From: Fimbriiglobus sp.
GTDB lineage: Bacteria; Planctomycetota; Planctomycetia; Gemmatales; Gemmataceae
Assembly: GCA_043727575.1 (NCBI GenBank)
Contig: JAYSYN010000244.1
Span: forward strand, 2,932 to 66,931
DNA: 64,000 bases
Direction of reading: 5' to 3'
In this document: in pieces, positions 10,006-19,312 of the stretch
How positions within the stretch are numbered: the stretch's first letter is position 1
Layout of the letters: the number at the start of each line of letters is the position of its first letter
The notes under the pieces: generated by a model
What the model saw: only the letters and a program-made list of their open reading frames with translations
Told to the model about the DNA's origin: nothing
The model's database searches: none
Program-made: the position numbers and the translations under genes

Positions 10006-11085
10006 TCATTTCCACTTGACGATCTTCACAATCCGATTGTTGTCGCTATCCGCAATATAGATCTCCCCGGTCTTCGGATGAACGCAAACCCCATGCGGTC
10101 GGCCCATCTCCAATTTCAACGGATCGCCGTCGAGCCCGCCCGATCCTTTTTTGCCGGTCCCCGCGATCAGTTCCATCGTCTCCGACTTGGGGACATACCG
10201 GAGAATCTGGTGGTTCTCGGTATCGGCGATCAACACGCTGTCGTCGGCCGGGTCGATGGAGATGGACTTCGGTCCATTCATCGCGGCCTTCAGCGCCGGG
10301 CCACCGTCGCCGCCGCTGCCGGCTTTGCCTGTCCCCGCGACCGTGCGGATCTTGCCGTCTTTGTCCACGACGCGCAGGGCGTGCCCGTTGCGTTCGAGGA
10401 TGTAGACGTTGCCGTTCTTGTCGGCCGCCACGGCCCGGGGATCGACGAGCGGCTGATCTTTGGCGAGTTCGCCGTCCTTGGGGATACCGGCTTTACCGGT
10501 GCCGGCGAAGGTTAGGATGGCACCCTTTTTCGGATCGAGATACCGGATGCGCTTGTTACCGATATCGGCGATGTACATTCTCGTTTGATCCGGGCTCATC
10601 GCGATACAGATGGGCTGTTTAAAATCGACTTTCGTCGGTGGTCCTCCGTCGCCGGCGTATCCTTCGGTCCCCGTTCCGGCGAGTGTCCGGACTTCATTTT
10701 GCGATGGTTTGTACATCCGCAAGCGGTGGTTAAACGTGTCCGCGAGGAAGATGAAATCGTCTGCGCAGATCAGATTGTGCATGCCGTTGAACTCGGCTTT
10801 GTCTCCGGCGATTTTATCGGCCGAACCCCCCTTCTTCCCCGTCCCGGCGAGCGTCGTCAGGATCCCCTTCGCGTCGATCTTGCGCAGCCGTTCGCCGCCG
10901 GCCATCTCGACGAAGAAGATGTTGCCGGCCTTGTCGAAATCGACCGCGAACGGTTGGATCAATTTGGCTTTTGTCGCTTCGGTCCCATCGGCCCCGTTTC
11001 CACCGCCGGCGACGAGGACGACCGTGTCCGCCGCCATTACTGCGGTCGAAACGAGGACAAGGCCGAGTGAAAATAGGAGCCGCAT
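10006..11085 (-). CDS. NHL-repeat beta-propeller protein, secreted
   Basis: It has a signal peptide (MRLLFSLGLVLVSTAVMA). Six repeats of the form ..LAGTGK.G..GDGG.A..A.L..P..v..D..GN.Yi.D..N.riR are visible. Confidence 0.75.
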   Translation of the reverse strand: MRLLFSLGLVLVSTAVMAADTVVLVAGGGNGADGTEATKAKLIQPFAVDFDKAGNIFFVEMAGGERLRKIDAKGILTTLAGTGKKGGSADKIAGDKAEFNGMHNLICADDFIFLADTFNHRLRMYKPSQNEVRTLAGTGTEGYAGDGGPPTKVDFKQPICIAMSPDQTRMYIADIGNKRIRYLDPKKGAILTFAGTGKAGIPKDGELAKDQPLVDPRAVAADKNGNVYILERNGHALRVVDKDGKIRTVAGTGKAGSGGDGGPALKAAMNGPKSISIDPADDSVLIADTENHQILRYVPKSETMELIAGTGKKGSGGLDGDPLKLEMGRPHGVCVHPKTGEIYIADSDNNRIVKIVKWK

Positions 11086-11109
11086 CGGAGAAACCTCGCA
11101 GGGTAGAGT

Positions 11110-12090
11110 TCAATCGTAGACCGACGGATTCACGCAATTCGGCAACCGTTCGCCGCGGACACCGGCCAACAGGTTCGCGGCGCACAAAGTCGCCATGGCG
11201 TCGCGGGTGTCGTGGGTGGCGCTGGCGATGTGCGGGGCGATCACGCAGTTCGGCAGCTTGTAAAGTTCGTGGTCGGCGGGCAGCGGCTCCGGTTCGGTCA
11301 CGTCGAGGCCGGCCGCAAAGATCGTCCCCGATCGCAGGGCGTCGGCCAATGCGACTTGGTCGACGTGCGGCCCGCGCGCGGTGTTCACGAAGACGGCGCT
11401 GCGCTTCATTTGCGCGAACTGCCCAGCGCCGAACATCCCTTTAGTGATCGGGTTCAAATCGGCGTGGACCGACACGAAATCGCTCCGGGCCAGCAGTGTG
11501 TCGAAGTCTACCGCGGAGGCGCCGAGTTCGGCGTCGATCTCCGGTTTCGGACTCCGGGCCGTGTAAATCACGCACATCCCCCACCCGAAGTGCAAGCGCT
11601 TGGCGACAGCGTGGCCGATGCGTCCCATGCCGACGATACCGACGGTGCGGCCGACGAGGTCGGCCCCGAGCCAGCCGCGCGGTTCCCAAGTCAGCCAACG
11701 GCCTTCCTTCGCGTCGGTCGAACTTTCGCCGAGTCGCCGCGCGGCCGCGAGGAGCAGGGTCACCGCGATGTCGGCGGTCGCTTCGGTGAGCACGCCCGGC
11801 GTGTTCCCAACCGGGATTTTGCGCTGCGTCGCCGCGGCGAGGTCGACGTTGTTGACGCCGACGGCGAAGTTGGACACGACCCGTAAGCGCGGTGCGGCCG
11901 CGAGGAGCGCGGCGTCGATGCGGTCCGTCAGCAGCGACATGAGTCCATCGCAATCGCGGACGCGCTCGCGCAGAATCTCCGGCGACGGCGGCAAACGCTC
12001 GGGCCAAACGTCGGCGTCGCAGGCGGCGCGGATCAATTCCAACCCCGCATCGGGGATCAGTCGGGTGACGAATACTTTCGGTTTGGGCAC
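11110..12090 (-). CDS. D-isomer-specific 2-hydroxyacid dehydrogenase (glyoxylate/hydroxypyruvate reductase-like)
   Basis: The NAD-binding motif is GRTVGIVGMGRIGHAVAKR, and the catalytic region is VNTARG...D...ALA.AL..G.I.AAGLDV...EP. The 326-aa length is typical. Confidence 0.88.
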   Translation of the reverse strand: MPKPKVFVTRLIPDAGLELIRAACDADVWPERLPPSPEILRERVRDCDGLMSLLTDRIDAALLAAAPRLRVVSNFAVGVNNVDLAAATQRKIPVGNTPGVLTEATADIAVTLLLAAARRLGESSTDAKEGRWLTWEPRGWLGADLVGRTVGIVGMGRIGHAVAKRLHFGWGMCVIYTARSPKPEIDAELGASAVDFDTLLARSDFVSVHADLNPITKGMFGAGQFAQMKRSAVFVNTARGPHVDQVALADALRSGTIFAAGLDVTEPEPLPADHELYKLPNCVIAPHIASATHDTRDAMATLCAANLLAGVRGERLPNCVNPSVYD

Positions 12091-12108
12091 GGGAATTTCC
12101 TGTTGGGG

Positions 12109-13131
12109 TCAACTCCGGATGACGGCTTCGGCGAAGCGTTCCATTTCTTCAAATTGCGGACTGCACTGGAGCAGAAGCAAACTCACGCCGACTTTCTCAA
12201 ACTCCGCGACGCGGTCGATCACCTTTTGTGGCGTGCCGATGAACCCGGATCGCAGTCCGCGATTGCTCACGGAATAATCTTCGAGCGAGACGCGTTGTTC
12301 GAGCTGCGTCCCCGACAGCCACTGCTGGTAGTTGTGGTAGCCGGCCTTCGATTGTTTCACGTCCGTGATGCGGGCGAGTTCTGCTTGCGCTTCCGCATCG
12401 GTGTTTCGCACGATCGAGTACCCCGCGACGCCGTAGATCATCGGCGGCAGTCCGAACTTCTCCCGCCGAGCGGCCATGTCGCGGATCCGCTCGCCGATCT
12501 TTTCGGGCGGGTCGCCGTGCATCACGTAGGCGTCGCAGGTCTTGGCAATGAGATTCTTCGCCGTCTCCGATTCGCCCCCGGCGTAGAGCGTCGGCCGGGG
12601 CTTCGTGAGCGGCTTCGGTTGTAGAATCGAATCGCCGAGCTGGTAGTACTTCCCGTCGAAATTGTACCCGTCGCGTTTCCACAACGTGTCGAGCACTTCG
12701 AGCCACTCGGCGGTGCGGGCGTAGCGATCGTCGTGCTGCTCGAAGTGGACTCCGAATTTGGTCGCTTCATCCTTCCACCAACTGCTGACGACGTTGAGCG
12801 ACAACCGGTTGCCACCGCCGATGTGGTCGATATTCGCCGCTTGCTTCGCCAGTAGCGCCGGATTGTGGAACGTCGGCCGCACGGCCACCATGAATTCGAG
12901 GCGCTCTGTCACTGCCGTCAATGCGGCCGCGGTACTCCACGCATCGAGCGACGGTTCGGCTTCGCCTTTGATATCGTTGAGATTCAACTCGGCGACGAGT
13001 GTGAGGTCGTAGCCGATTTGCTCGCTCCGCTGGGCTAGTTTCTTCGAATAGGCCCACGTCGCGGCCATGTTTTCGTCGTCGACATTCCGAAGCCAACCGC
13101 CGAAGACGGGGAGCCAGTATCCGTAGCGCAT
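12109..13131 (-). CDS. LLM-class (luciferase-like) flavin-dependent oxidoreductase
   Basis: MRYGYWLPVFGGWLRNV...LNVVSSWW...PTLYAGGESE is typical of luciferase-like monooxygenases. I trimmed to the Met 10 nt downstream of the preceding gene's stop. Confidence 0.8.
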   Translation of the reverse strand: MRYGYWLPVFGGWLRNVDDENMAATWAYSKKLAQRSEQIGYDLTLVAELNLNDIKGEAEPSLDAWSTAAALTAVTERLEFMVAVRPTFHNPALLAKQAANIDHIGGGNRLSLNVVSSWWKDEATKFGVHFEQHDDRYARTAEWLEVLDTLWKRDGYNFDGKYYQLGDSILQPKPLTKPRPTLYAGGESETAKNLIAKTCDAYVMHGDPPEKIGERIRDMAARREKFGLPPMIYGVAGYSIVRNTDAEAQAELARITDVKQSKAGYHNYQQWLSGTQLEQRVSLEDYSVSNRGLRSGFIGTPQKVIDRVAEFEKVGVSLLLLQCSPQFEEMERFAEAVIRS

Positions 13132-13141
13132 GGTGCTTCCT

Positions 13142-14119
13142 TTAACGATTTGGCGATTTCGTCCGCTCCGCAACGGCTTCGAGATAATCGACCAACTTCA
13201 CAAACGGGTCGAATCCGATGACATTCTTCGCATCGGCGACGAAGTTCGAGAGGGCATTGATGTCGTAGTAGACCAGCTTGCCGTCGCGGTCGTCGATCAT
13301 GTATTCGATACCGCCGACGTCGATGCCCGCTTCGCGCATGATCGCTTCGCAATCGGCGATCACTTTGTCCGGGGGCGTTACACCCGCGACTTTCAATTTC
13401 GTTTTCGGCGTGTCGACGGCGCACGCGGAGCGCTCGAGTGCGACGCCGTCGCTGCGCTGGCAGATGTCGGCCGGGCAGAGGTTGAAGGTGTCGCCGGTGG
13501 TGAAGACGTCGATGGCGTACAGAAACTTCCCGCCGAGGAGTTCGACGCGTGTGATCTTGCCGCCGCGATTCGGGACGAACTCTTGGACGAGGGCGGTGTG
13601 GTCGACGCCGAAGTCGAGCCGGCCTTCGTCCGCGGCGCGCGTCAAATCGTCGAGGGTCTCGAAGCGCACGATCCCCGCGCCGCTGCCGCCGATGTTTGCT
13701 TTTACGACCACCGGAAAACGCAGTCCCTCCGCCGCAGCAGCCACCTGATTCGGGTGGTTGACTACGACCGACTTGGGATACGGTAAACCGAGCGATTCCA
13801 ATAGAGTCAGCTGTCGGGCCTTCGAGGTCTCGGTGGTGAAGGCGCGGAGGCCGTTGACCGTCGGCACGCTCAAGCGGTCGAGGTGCGCGAGGTAGCCGAG
13901 GGTGTAGAACATCCCTTGTATACCGTCCCGAAGATACGCCGACGGGCTCATACGGTTGAAGACGAGCGCATAAGGCGTACCCGCTTCGGACGGATCGTAG
14001 CGGTGGGCGCGCGGATCGACCCGGTCGTAGGCGATTCCGCGTCGGTCGAGTTCCGCGAACAGCGGGCGGAACCAATCTGGGTGTTCGTGGTAAATCGCGA
14101 TGGGGCCGGGGACCGGCAT
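13142..14119 (-). CDS. ATP-grasp family ligase (RimK/glutathione-synthetase-like)
   Basis: FPVVVKANIGGSGAGIVRF...LVQEFVP...VELLGGKFLYA...GGIEYMIDDRDGKLVYYDINALSNF matches the ATP-grasp fold motifs. Confidence 0.75.
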   Translation of the reverse strand: MPVPGPIAIYHEHPDWFRPLFAELDRRGIAYDRVDPRAHRYDPSEAGTPYALVFNRMSPSAYLRDGIQGMFYTLGYLAHLDRLSVPTVNGLRAFTTETSKARQLTLLESLGLPYPKSVVVNHPNQVAAAAEGLRFPVVVKANIGGSGAGIVRFETLDDLTRAADEGRLDFGVDHTALVQEFVPNRGGKITRVELLGGKFLYAIDVFTTGDTFNLCPADICQRSDGVALERSACAVDTPKTKLKVAGVTPPDKVIADCEAIMREAGIDVGGIEYMIDDRDGKLVYYDINALSNFVADAKNVIGFDPFVKLVDYLEAVAERTKSPNR

Positions 14120-14151
14120 GGGGTTGGCTCCGAGTCGAGTTTCTCTATCGA

Positions 14152-15549
14152 GTGTATCAGGAATACTCCCCCGGGCACGGGAGCGAGGCGAGGATCGCGG
14201 GGGAGTTTCTCTTGAGCGCGGATGTCATTCCAGCGGGCGACGGGCGCGACGGTGAACCGGTGCGCCTGGACGATTTGCTCGCGTACTTCCACCGCGGGGC
14301 GAAGCCGCGGGGCGAGTGGCGCGTCGGCGCCGAATTCGAGAAGTTCGCCGTCGAGCGGTCGACGGGTCGGCACCTCTCTTACGGTGAAACATGCGGCATC
14401 CGTTCCATCTTGGAAGCGCTGGTCGCGCGATTCGGCTGGGTGCCGCATTTCGAAGGCGAACACCTCACGACTCTCAGCCGCGCCGGGGCGATGATCTCGC
14501 TCGAACCGGGTGGGCAGGTCGAGTTTTCGACACCGCCGTTGAAGACGCTCGCCGAGTTGAACGCGGCGCTGGATCAGCACCGGTCGGAACTCCGCGCGGT
14601 GACCGATCCCGCCCGGATCGCATGGATCGCGGCCGGCGTATCACCCTTCCGATCCGCCGAAGAGATTACGCTCGGCGTCCGCGCTCGGCATCGCTTGATG
14701 GCCGAATACTTACCGCGCAGTTGTCCGATGGCGTTGCCGATGATGAAGGCGACCGCGAGCACGCAGGTCGCCTTCGATTATTCGAGCGAAGCCGACGCGA
14801 TGCGGAAGTTCCGCGTCGCGCTGATGCTCAGCCCGATCATCAATGCCATCTGGGCGAACAGTTCCATCTACGCCGGCCAGCCGATGGGTTTCGCGTCGTA
14901 CCGCAGCCAAATCTGGCTCGGCATGGACCCCGCGCGCAGCGGTTTACTGACCGAGTTTCTGGTCCGCGGCCCGAGTTTCGACCGCTGGGTCGATTACCTC
15001 CTCCACGTGCCAATGCTATTCGTTTGCCACGGAGGCCACTACGCTCCCGCCGAGGGGATGACGTTCATCCAATTTCTGCGGCGCGGGCACAGTGGTCGAT
15101 TCCCGTCGTTGGCCGATTGGGAACTCCACCTGACGACGGTCTTCCCCGAAGTGCGGTTGAAGCACTTCCTCGAAATCCGCGGGGCCGATGCGAACCCGCC
15201 GGCGCTCGCGATGGCCGTACCCGCACTTTGGAAGGGACTGCTGTACGACGAAACCACTTTGGATAGTGCCGAGGGGCTTTGCGACGAATTCGATCCGCGC
15301 GAAATGCCCGGCCTGTTCGCCGACGTGAGCATCACCGGATTGGCCACAAAATTCGCGAGTACGACCGTCCTGAGTTTGGCCAAGACGCTGTCGGAGATGG
15401 CAGCCGAGGGCTTGCAGGAACAAGGCGAACTCGAAGGGGCTCCATTCCTCGATCCGGTTTTCGAGATTTTACAAAAGGGCACTTCGCCGGGCATGGCGTC
15501 GCAGAAGCAATTGCGAACTGTAGCCTTGTTTGGTACATCCGAATACTAA
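14152..15549 (+). CDS. gshA: glutamate--cysteine ligase, plant/proteobacterial GCS2 type
   Basis: LLAYFHRGAKPRGEWRVGAEFEKFAV...ISLEPGGQVEFS...EVRLKHFLEIRGAD is characteristic of the family. The start is uncertain. A TTG at 14212 is preceded by GGGGGAG (14199-14205) and would leave a more realistic divergent promoter gap. Confidence 0.85.
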   Translation: MYQEYSPGHGSEARIAGEFLLSADVIPAGDGRDGEPVRLDDLLAYFHRGAKPRGEWRVGAEFEKFAVERSTGRHLSYGETCGIRSILEALVARFGWVPHFEGEHLTTLSRAGAMISLEPGGQVEFSTPPLKTLAELNAALDQHRSELRAVTDPARIAWIAAGVSPFRSAEEITLGVRARHRLMAEYLPRSCPMALPMMKATASTQVAFDYSSEADAMRKFRVALMLSPIINAIWANSSIYAGQPMGFASYRSQIWLGMDPARSGLLTEFLVRGPSFDRWVDYLLHVPMLFVCHGGHYAPAEGMTFIQFLRRGHSGRFPSLADWELHLTTVFPEVRLKHFLEIRGADANPPALAMAVPALWKGLLYDETTLDSAEGLCDEFDPREMPGLFADVSITGLATKFASTTVLSLAKTLSEMAAEGLQEQGELEGAPFLDPVFEILQKGTSPGMASQKQLRTVALFGTSEY

Positions 15550-15689
15550 CTCCCAATTGTTCCCCTGTCAAGTTTTTATCATCGGAATCCCATCGATTGT
15601 TCTTTATGTCAGCGGCGTGACGGTATCCGGGTTCCCGCCGGGACTAACCGTGAGACCCCACGCTTGCCCTCGACTCCGAAGGATCGAAG

Positions 15690-17459
15690 ATGAAACCGTG
15701 TCGAACACCCGTTTGGATGCTGGCCACCGCAGGATTGATCAGTTCGGCGATCCCCGTCGCCGCCCAACCGGGCGGGGGCGGATTCCCAGGCGGACCCGGC
15801 GGCGGTTTCCCCGGCTCTCCCGGTGGACCCGGCGGGATCACGGGCCAGACCCGAAAAATCTTGAAGGACTACGACAAAGACAACGACGGCCGCTTGAATA
15901 CCGAGGAACGCAAAGTCGCGCTCGAAGTCCTGAAGAAAACACCGGGCGGTCGTCCCGGCGGCGGAAATACGCCGGCTCCGAAACCGGGTGCGCAAGTCAA
16001 AATCTCGGACGCCAAAACGTACCCCGACGCCAAACTTTTCGAGCCGACCGTCCTACGGACGATCTTCCTCGACTTCGAAAACAAAGACTGGGAATCGGAA
16101 CTCGAAACCTTCCACGGCACCGATGTCGATGTGCCTTGCCGAGTCACGGTCGACGGGAAGACCTACAAGGATGTCGGCATCCACTTCCGCGGGATGTCGT
16201 CGTACATGATGGTCCGCGCCGGCTCGAAACGGTCGATGAATTTGTCGTTCGACCACGCCGACCACAAGCAGCGCCTCTACGGAAATAAGACGATCAATCT
16301 TCTCAATGGCCACGAAGACCCAACGTTCCTGAGTACCGTTCTCTATTCGCACATTGCCCGCCAGTACATTCCGACGCCGCAGGCGAACCTCGTCAAGATC
16401 GTCATCAACGGTGAGAATTGGGGCATCTACACGAACGCCCAACAGTTCAACAAGGAATTCTTAATCGAGAATTTCAAGACGTCCCAAGGTGCGCGTTGGA
16501 AAGTACGCGGTAGCCCGGGCGGCCGCGGTGGCATGGAGTACCTCGGCGATAAAGTCGACGACTACAAACGGATCTTCGAGATCAAATCGAATGACGACGA
16601 GAAGTCGTGGAAAGCGCTCATCCAGTTCTGCAAAGTGCTGAACCAGACCCCGGCCGAGAAATTGGCGGAAGAGTTGAAACCGATCTGCGACGTCGACGGC
16701 TTGCTCTGGTTCCTCGCCCTCGATGTGGCCCTCCTCAACGGCGACGGCTTCTGGACACGGGCCAGCGATTACAGCCTTTACCTCGACGAGAAAGGCAAGT
16801 TCCACTTCATCCCGCACGATATGAACGAAGCCTTCCACCCCGCCGGCGGTCCCGGTACGGGCGGCGGTCGGCCCGGCGGCGGCGGTCGCCCGGGCGGCTT
16901 CGGACCACCCCCGACCCCCGGGGAGATCCTGCCGATGCCGGTGCAACAGCAATTGAAATTGACCGAGCAACAAAAGAAAGACGCCGCCGCGCTGCAGAAA
17001 GACGTCGACGCGACCATCGAGAAATTGCTCACGGCCGAACAACTCAAGCGATGGAAGGACATGAAGGCGGGTCCGGGCGGCTTCCCCGGCGGGCCGGGCG
17101 GAATGGGCGGCGGTGGTATCGATCTCGACCCTCTCGTCGGCGCGGCCGATTCCCGGAAGCCGCTCCGCAGCAAAGTGCTCGCGGTGCCGGAACTGAAAGC
17201 GAAGTACCTCGCCGATGTCAAAACCATCGCCGAGAAATCGCTCGATTGGAAAGTGCTCGGGCCGGTGGTGGCGCAATACCGCAAACTCGTCGAGAAGGAA
17301 ATCGAAGCGGACACGAAAAAGCTCGAACCGTTCGACGCATTCATGCGGACGACGGCCGACGACGCGGCGACGCCGAAGGGGCGCGAGTACCCACTCCGCG
17401 CGTTTGCGGACTTGCGGACGAAGTACTTGATCGACTACAAAGTACCCGTACCGAAGTGA
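15690..17459 (+). CDS. CotH-family (atypical kinase fold) protein, secreted, with an EF-hand-like motif and Gly/Pro-rich tracts
   Basis: The CotH core reads VTVDGKTYKDVGIHFRGMSS...KRSMNLSFD...INLLNGHEDPTFL...LVKIVINGENWGIYTNAQQFNKEFL. The N-terminus carries DYDKDNDGRLNTEE (DxDxDG) and a signal peptide. Confidence 0.8.
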   Translation: MKPCRTPVWMLATAGLISSAIPVAAQPGGGGFPGGPGGGFPGSPGGPGGITGQTRKILKDYDKDNDGRLNTEERKVALEVLKKTPGGRPGGGNTPAPKPGAQVKISDAKTYPDAKLFEPTVLRTIFLDFENKDWESELETFHGTDVDVPCRVTVDGKTYKDVGIHFRGMSSYMMVRAGSKRSMNLSFDHADHKQRLYGNKTINLLNGHEDPTFLSTVLYSHIARQYIPTPQANLVKIVINGENWGIYTNAQQFNKEFLIENFKTSQGARWKVRGSPGGRGGMEYLGDKVDDYKRIFEIKSNDDEKSWKALIQFCKVLNQTPAEKLAEELKPICDVDGLLWFLALDVALLNGDGFWTRASDYSLYLDEKGKFHFIPHDMNEAFHPAGGPGTGGGRPGGGGRPGGFGPPPTPGEILPMPVQQQLKLTEQQKKDAAALQKDVDATIEKLLTAEQLKRWKDMKAGPGGFPGGPGGMGGGGIDLDPLVGAADSRKPLRSKVLAVPELKAKYLADVKTIAEKSLDWKVLGPVVAQYRKLVEKEIEADTKKLEPFDAFMRTTADDAATPKGREYPLRAFADLRTKYLIDYKVPVPK

Positions 17460-17475
17460 CCCCCGGGACGGATCC

Positions 17476-18144
17476 ATGACCGATTGGTTGACGAAGCAAT
17501 TCAAGCACGCCCCGGAACTCGCCGCGCAGGTCGCCTTGTCCGTCGCATTCGGGTTCCTCGTGGCCGGGATTTTCCGCGCCACGATGGCCAAACGGGAACG
17601 ATCGGTGTCGCTGCTGACGACGCTGATCCTCTTGGCGGTCATGACGGCGATCTTGACGCTGACCATCGGAGAAAACACCGCCCGCGCCTTCGGCCTCGTG
17701 GGGGCGCTTTCGATCGTCCGGTTCCGCACCGTCGTCGAAGATACCCGCGACACCGCCTTCGTGATCTTCTCCGTCGTCGTCGGCATGGCGGTCGGCGCGA
17801 ACCAGATTTTACTGGCGGGTCTGACCTGCGCGGCCGTCGCGGTCGTCGCCGCGCTCATGCACTGGGTCGTGCCCGGCGGGCGGACGCCGACGGCCTGCAA
17901 ATTGCAACTCTGCATCCGCATCGGTTTGGGACGCGGCACGGATCAATTGATCGAAGTCATCCAACGGTACGCGGGGGAACTCAAAGCGATCGGCGCGGCG
18001 ACCGCCAAGCAGGGCGCCGCGATGGAAGTGACCTACTCGCTGCGATTGACCGGCGAACCGGAATCGATGATCCCGCTCTTCGCTGAGTTGAGCAAAATCG
18101 ACGGGGTGCAAGGGGTGGAATTGAAAGAAAATCCCAAGGCGTGA
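17476..18144 (+). CDS. DUF4956-domain membrane protein
   Basis: GLVGALSIVRFRTVVEDTRDTAFVIFSVVVGMAVG is the DUF4956 core as I recall it. It lies immediately downstream of CotH, a known pairing. Confidence 0.75.
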   Translation: MTDWLTKQFKHAPELAAQVALSVAFGFLVAGIFRATMAKRERSVSLLTTLILLAVMTAILTLTIGENTARAFGLVGALSIVRFRTVVEDTRDTAFVIFSVVVGMAVGANQILLAGLTCAAVAVVAALMHWVVPGGRTPTACKLQLCIRIGLGRGTDQLIEVIQRYAGELKAIGAATAKQGAAMEVTYSLRLTGEPESMIPLFAELSKIDGVQGVELKENPKA

Positions 18145-18151
18145 TGCGGGG

Positions 18152-19312
18152 TCACGCCGCTTTGGCGTACAAGTCCAATCGCAGTTGATTCAGGATTACG
18201 CCGAAGACTTGGCGGATTTGGTCGTGACCTTGCTTCAGCAGGAACTCGGAGCTGCGGCCGTGGCTCTTGGCCCCGAGGACGTAGTACTCCGGTTCGTCGG
18301 TGCGGAAGTCGCCGTGCGGTTCGCCGACGCGCAATTCCGCCGTCAGATTCGCGTCGGGCCGGTAGCCGACGTTGGCGATCACCTTTTCCACTTCCCAACT
18401 CATCGGTTTGCCGGCGATGCGCCCCGCGACGCGGAAACCTTTGTCGGGCCCGTGGCAAACCAGTTCATCGATCTGCGTTTGCGGGTGGTACTCGAGGTTG
18501 CCGTCGCAGCGGGTCGCCAGTTGATTCGCCCGTGCGGCCAGCCTGTCACGCTCTTTGAAGGGGTCGTTCGTCGAGCGCGTTAGCGGTTGCGTGCGGACCC
18601 CGTGCGTCAGCCAAATGGCCCACGTCGATTGGTTTTCTTGGGCCAAATCCGCGAGGCCGCACATCGTCGTCGCCGCGCTGTAGCCACTGCCGATGAGGAT
18701 GGTGCTCTTGCCCGAGTACGTGACTTTCTTTGCCCCCCGGACATCTTCGAGCCAGTACGGGACCTGCGGACGGGCCGCGATTTCCCCGGCGGCGGGAAGG
18801 CCCCCGTCGCCGACCCAGTTGGGGCGCGTGTAGGTGCCGGTGCAATCGAGGACGACGTCGGCGATTTCGAAACGCTCGACGTTGTTCGCCTCGCGCACGA
18901 GCAGGCGAAACGGCGGCGGCGATTTCTTCGGGTCGGGGCGGTCGGTCTTCCGCCAACCGGAGCGGCCGATGCCGAGAACGGCGGCGGGTATCCGAATGAC
19001 GTCTTTCAAAACACCGGTGGCGAGCGGTATCAAATACGCGTCGCGGAATTCGCGGCCGGTGAGGTATTCGGTATCGGCGGGGAGTTTGGCGACGCTGCGG
19101 TCGTCGCGCAGGATTTGCTTGCCGAGGCCGGTGGCGTTCAACCCGAACGGGGTGAACATTTTCGCGAAGCCCCAGCGGTTCACCGACTCCGCGATTTGCC
19201 CCTGCTCGAACAGGGCGACGGGGCAGCCGGTTTCTTTCGCGTAGAGCGCCGCTTCGAGGCCGATCGGCCCGCCGCCGAGGATCGCGATGCGCGGCAAGCC
19301 GGGTTTGCTCAT
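18152..19312 (-). CDS. FAD/NAD(P)-binding oxidoreductase
   Basis: The N-terminal dinucleotide fold is RIAILGGGPIGLEAALYA, and a second GxGxxA-type motif is ILIGSGYSAAT. Its ATG overlaps the stop of the FtsK-like gene (ATGA at 19309-19312). Confidence 0.75.
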   Translation of the reverse strand: MSKPGLPRIAILGGGPIGLEAALYAKETGCPVALFEQGQIAESVNRWGFAKMFTPFGLNATGLGKQILRDDRSVAKLPADTEYLTGREFRDAYLIPLATGVLKDVIRIPAAVLGIGRSGWRKTDRPDPKKSPPPFRLLVREANNVERFEIADVVLDCTGTYTRPNWVGDGGLPAAGEIAARPQVPYWLEDVRGAKKVTYSGKSTILIGSGYSAATTMCGLADLAQENQSTWAIWLTHGVRTQPLTRSTNDPFKERDRLAARANQLATRCDGNLEYHPQTQIDELVCHGPDKGFRVAGRIAGKPMSWEVEKVIANVGYRPDANLTAELRVGEPHGDFRTDEPEYYVLGAKSHGRSSEFLLKQGHDQIRQVFGVILNQLRLDLYAKAA

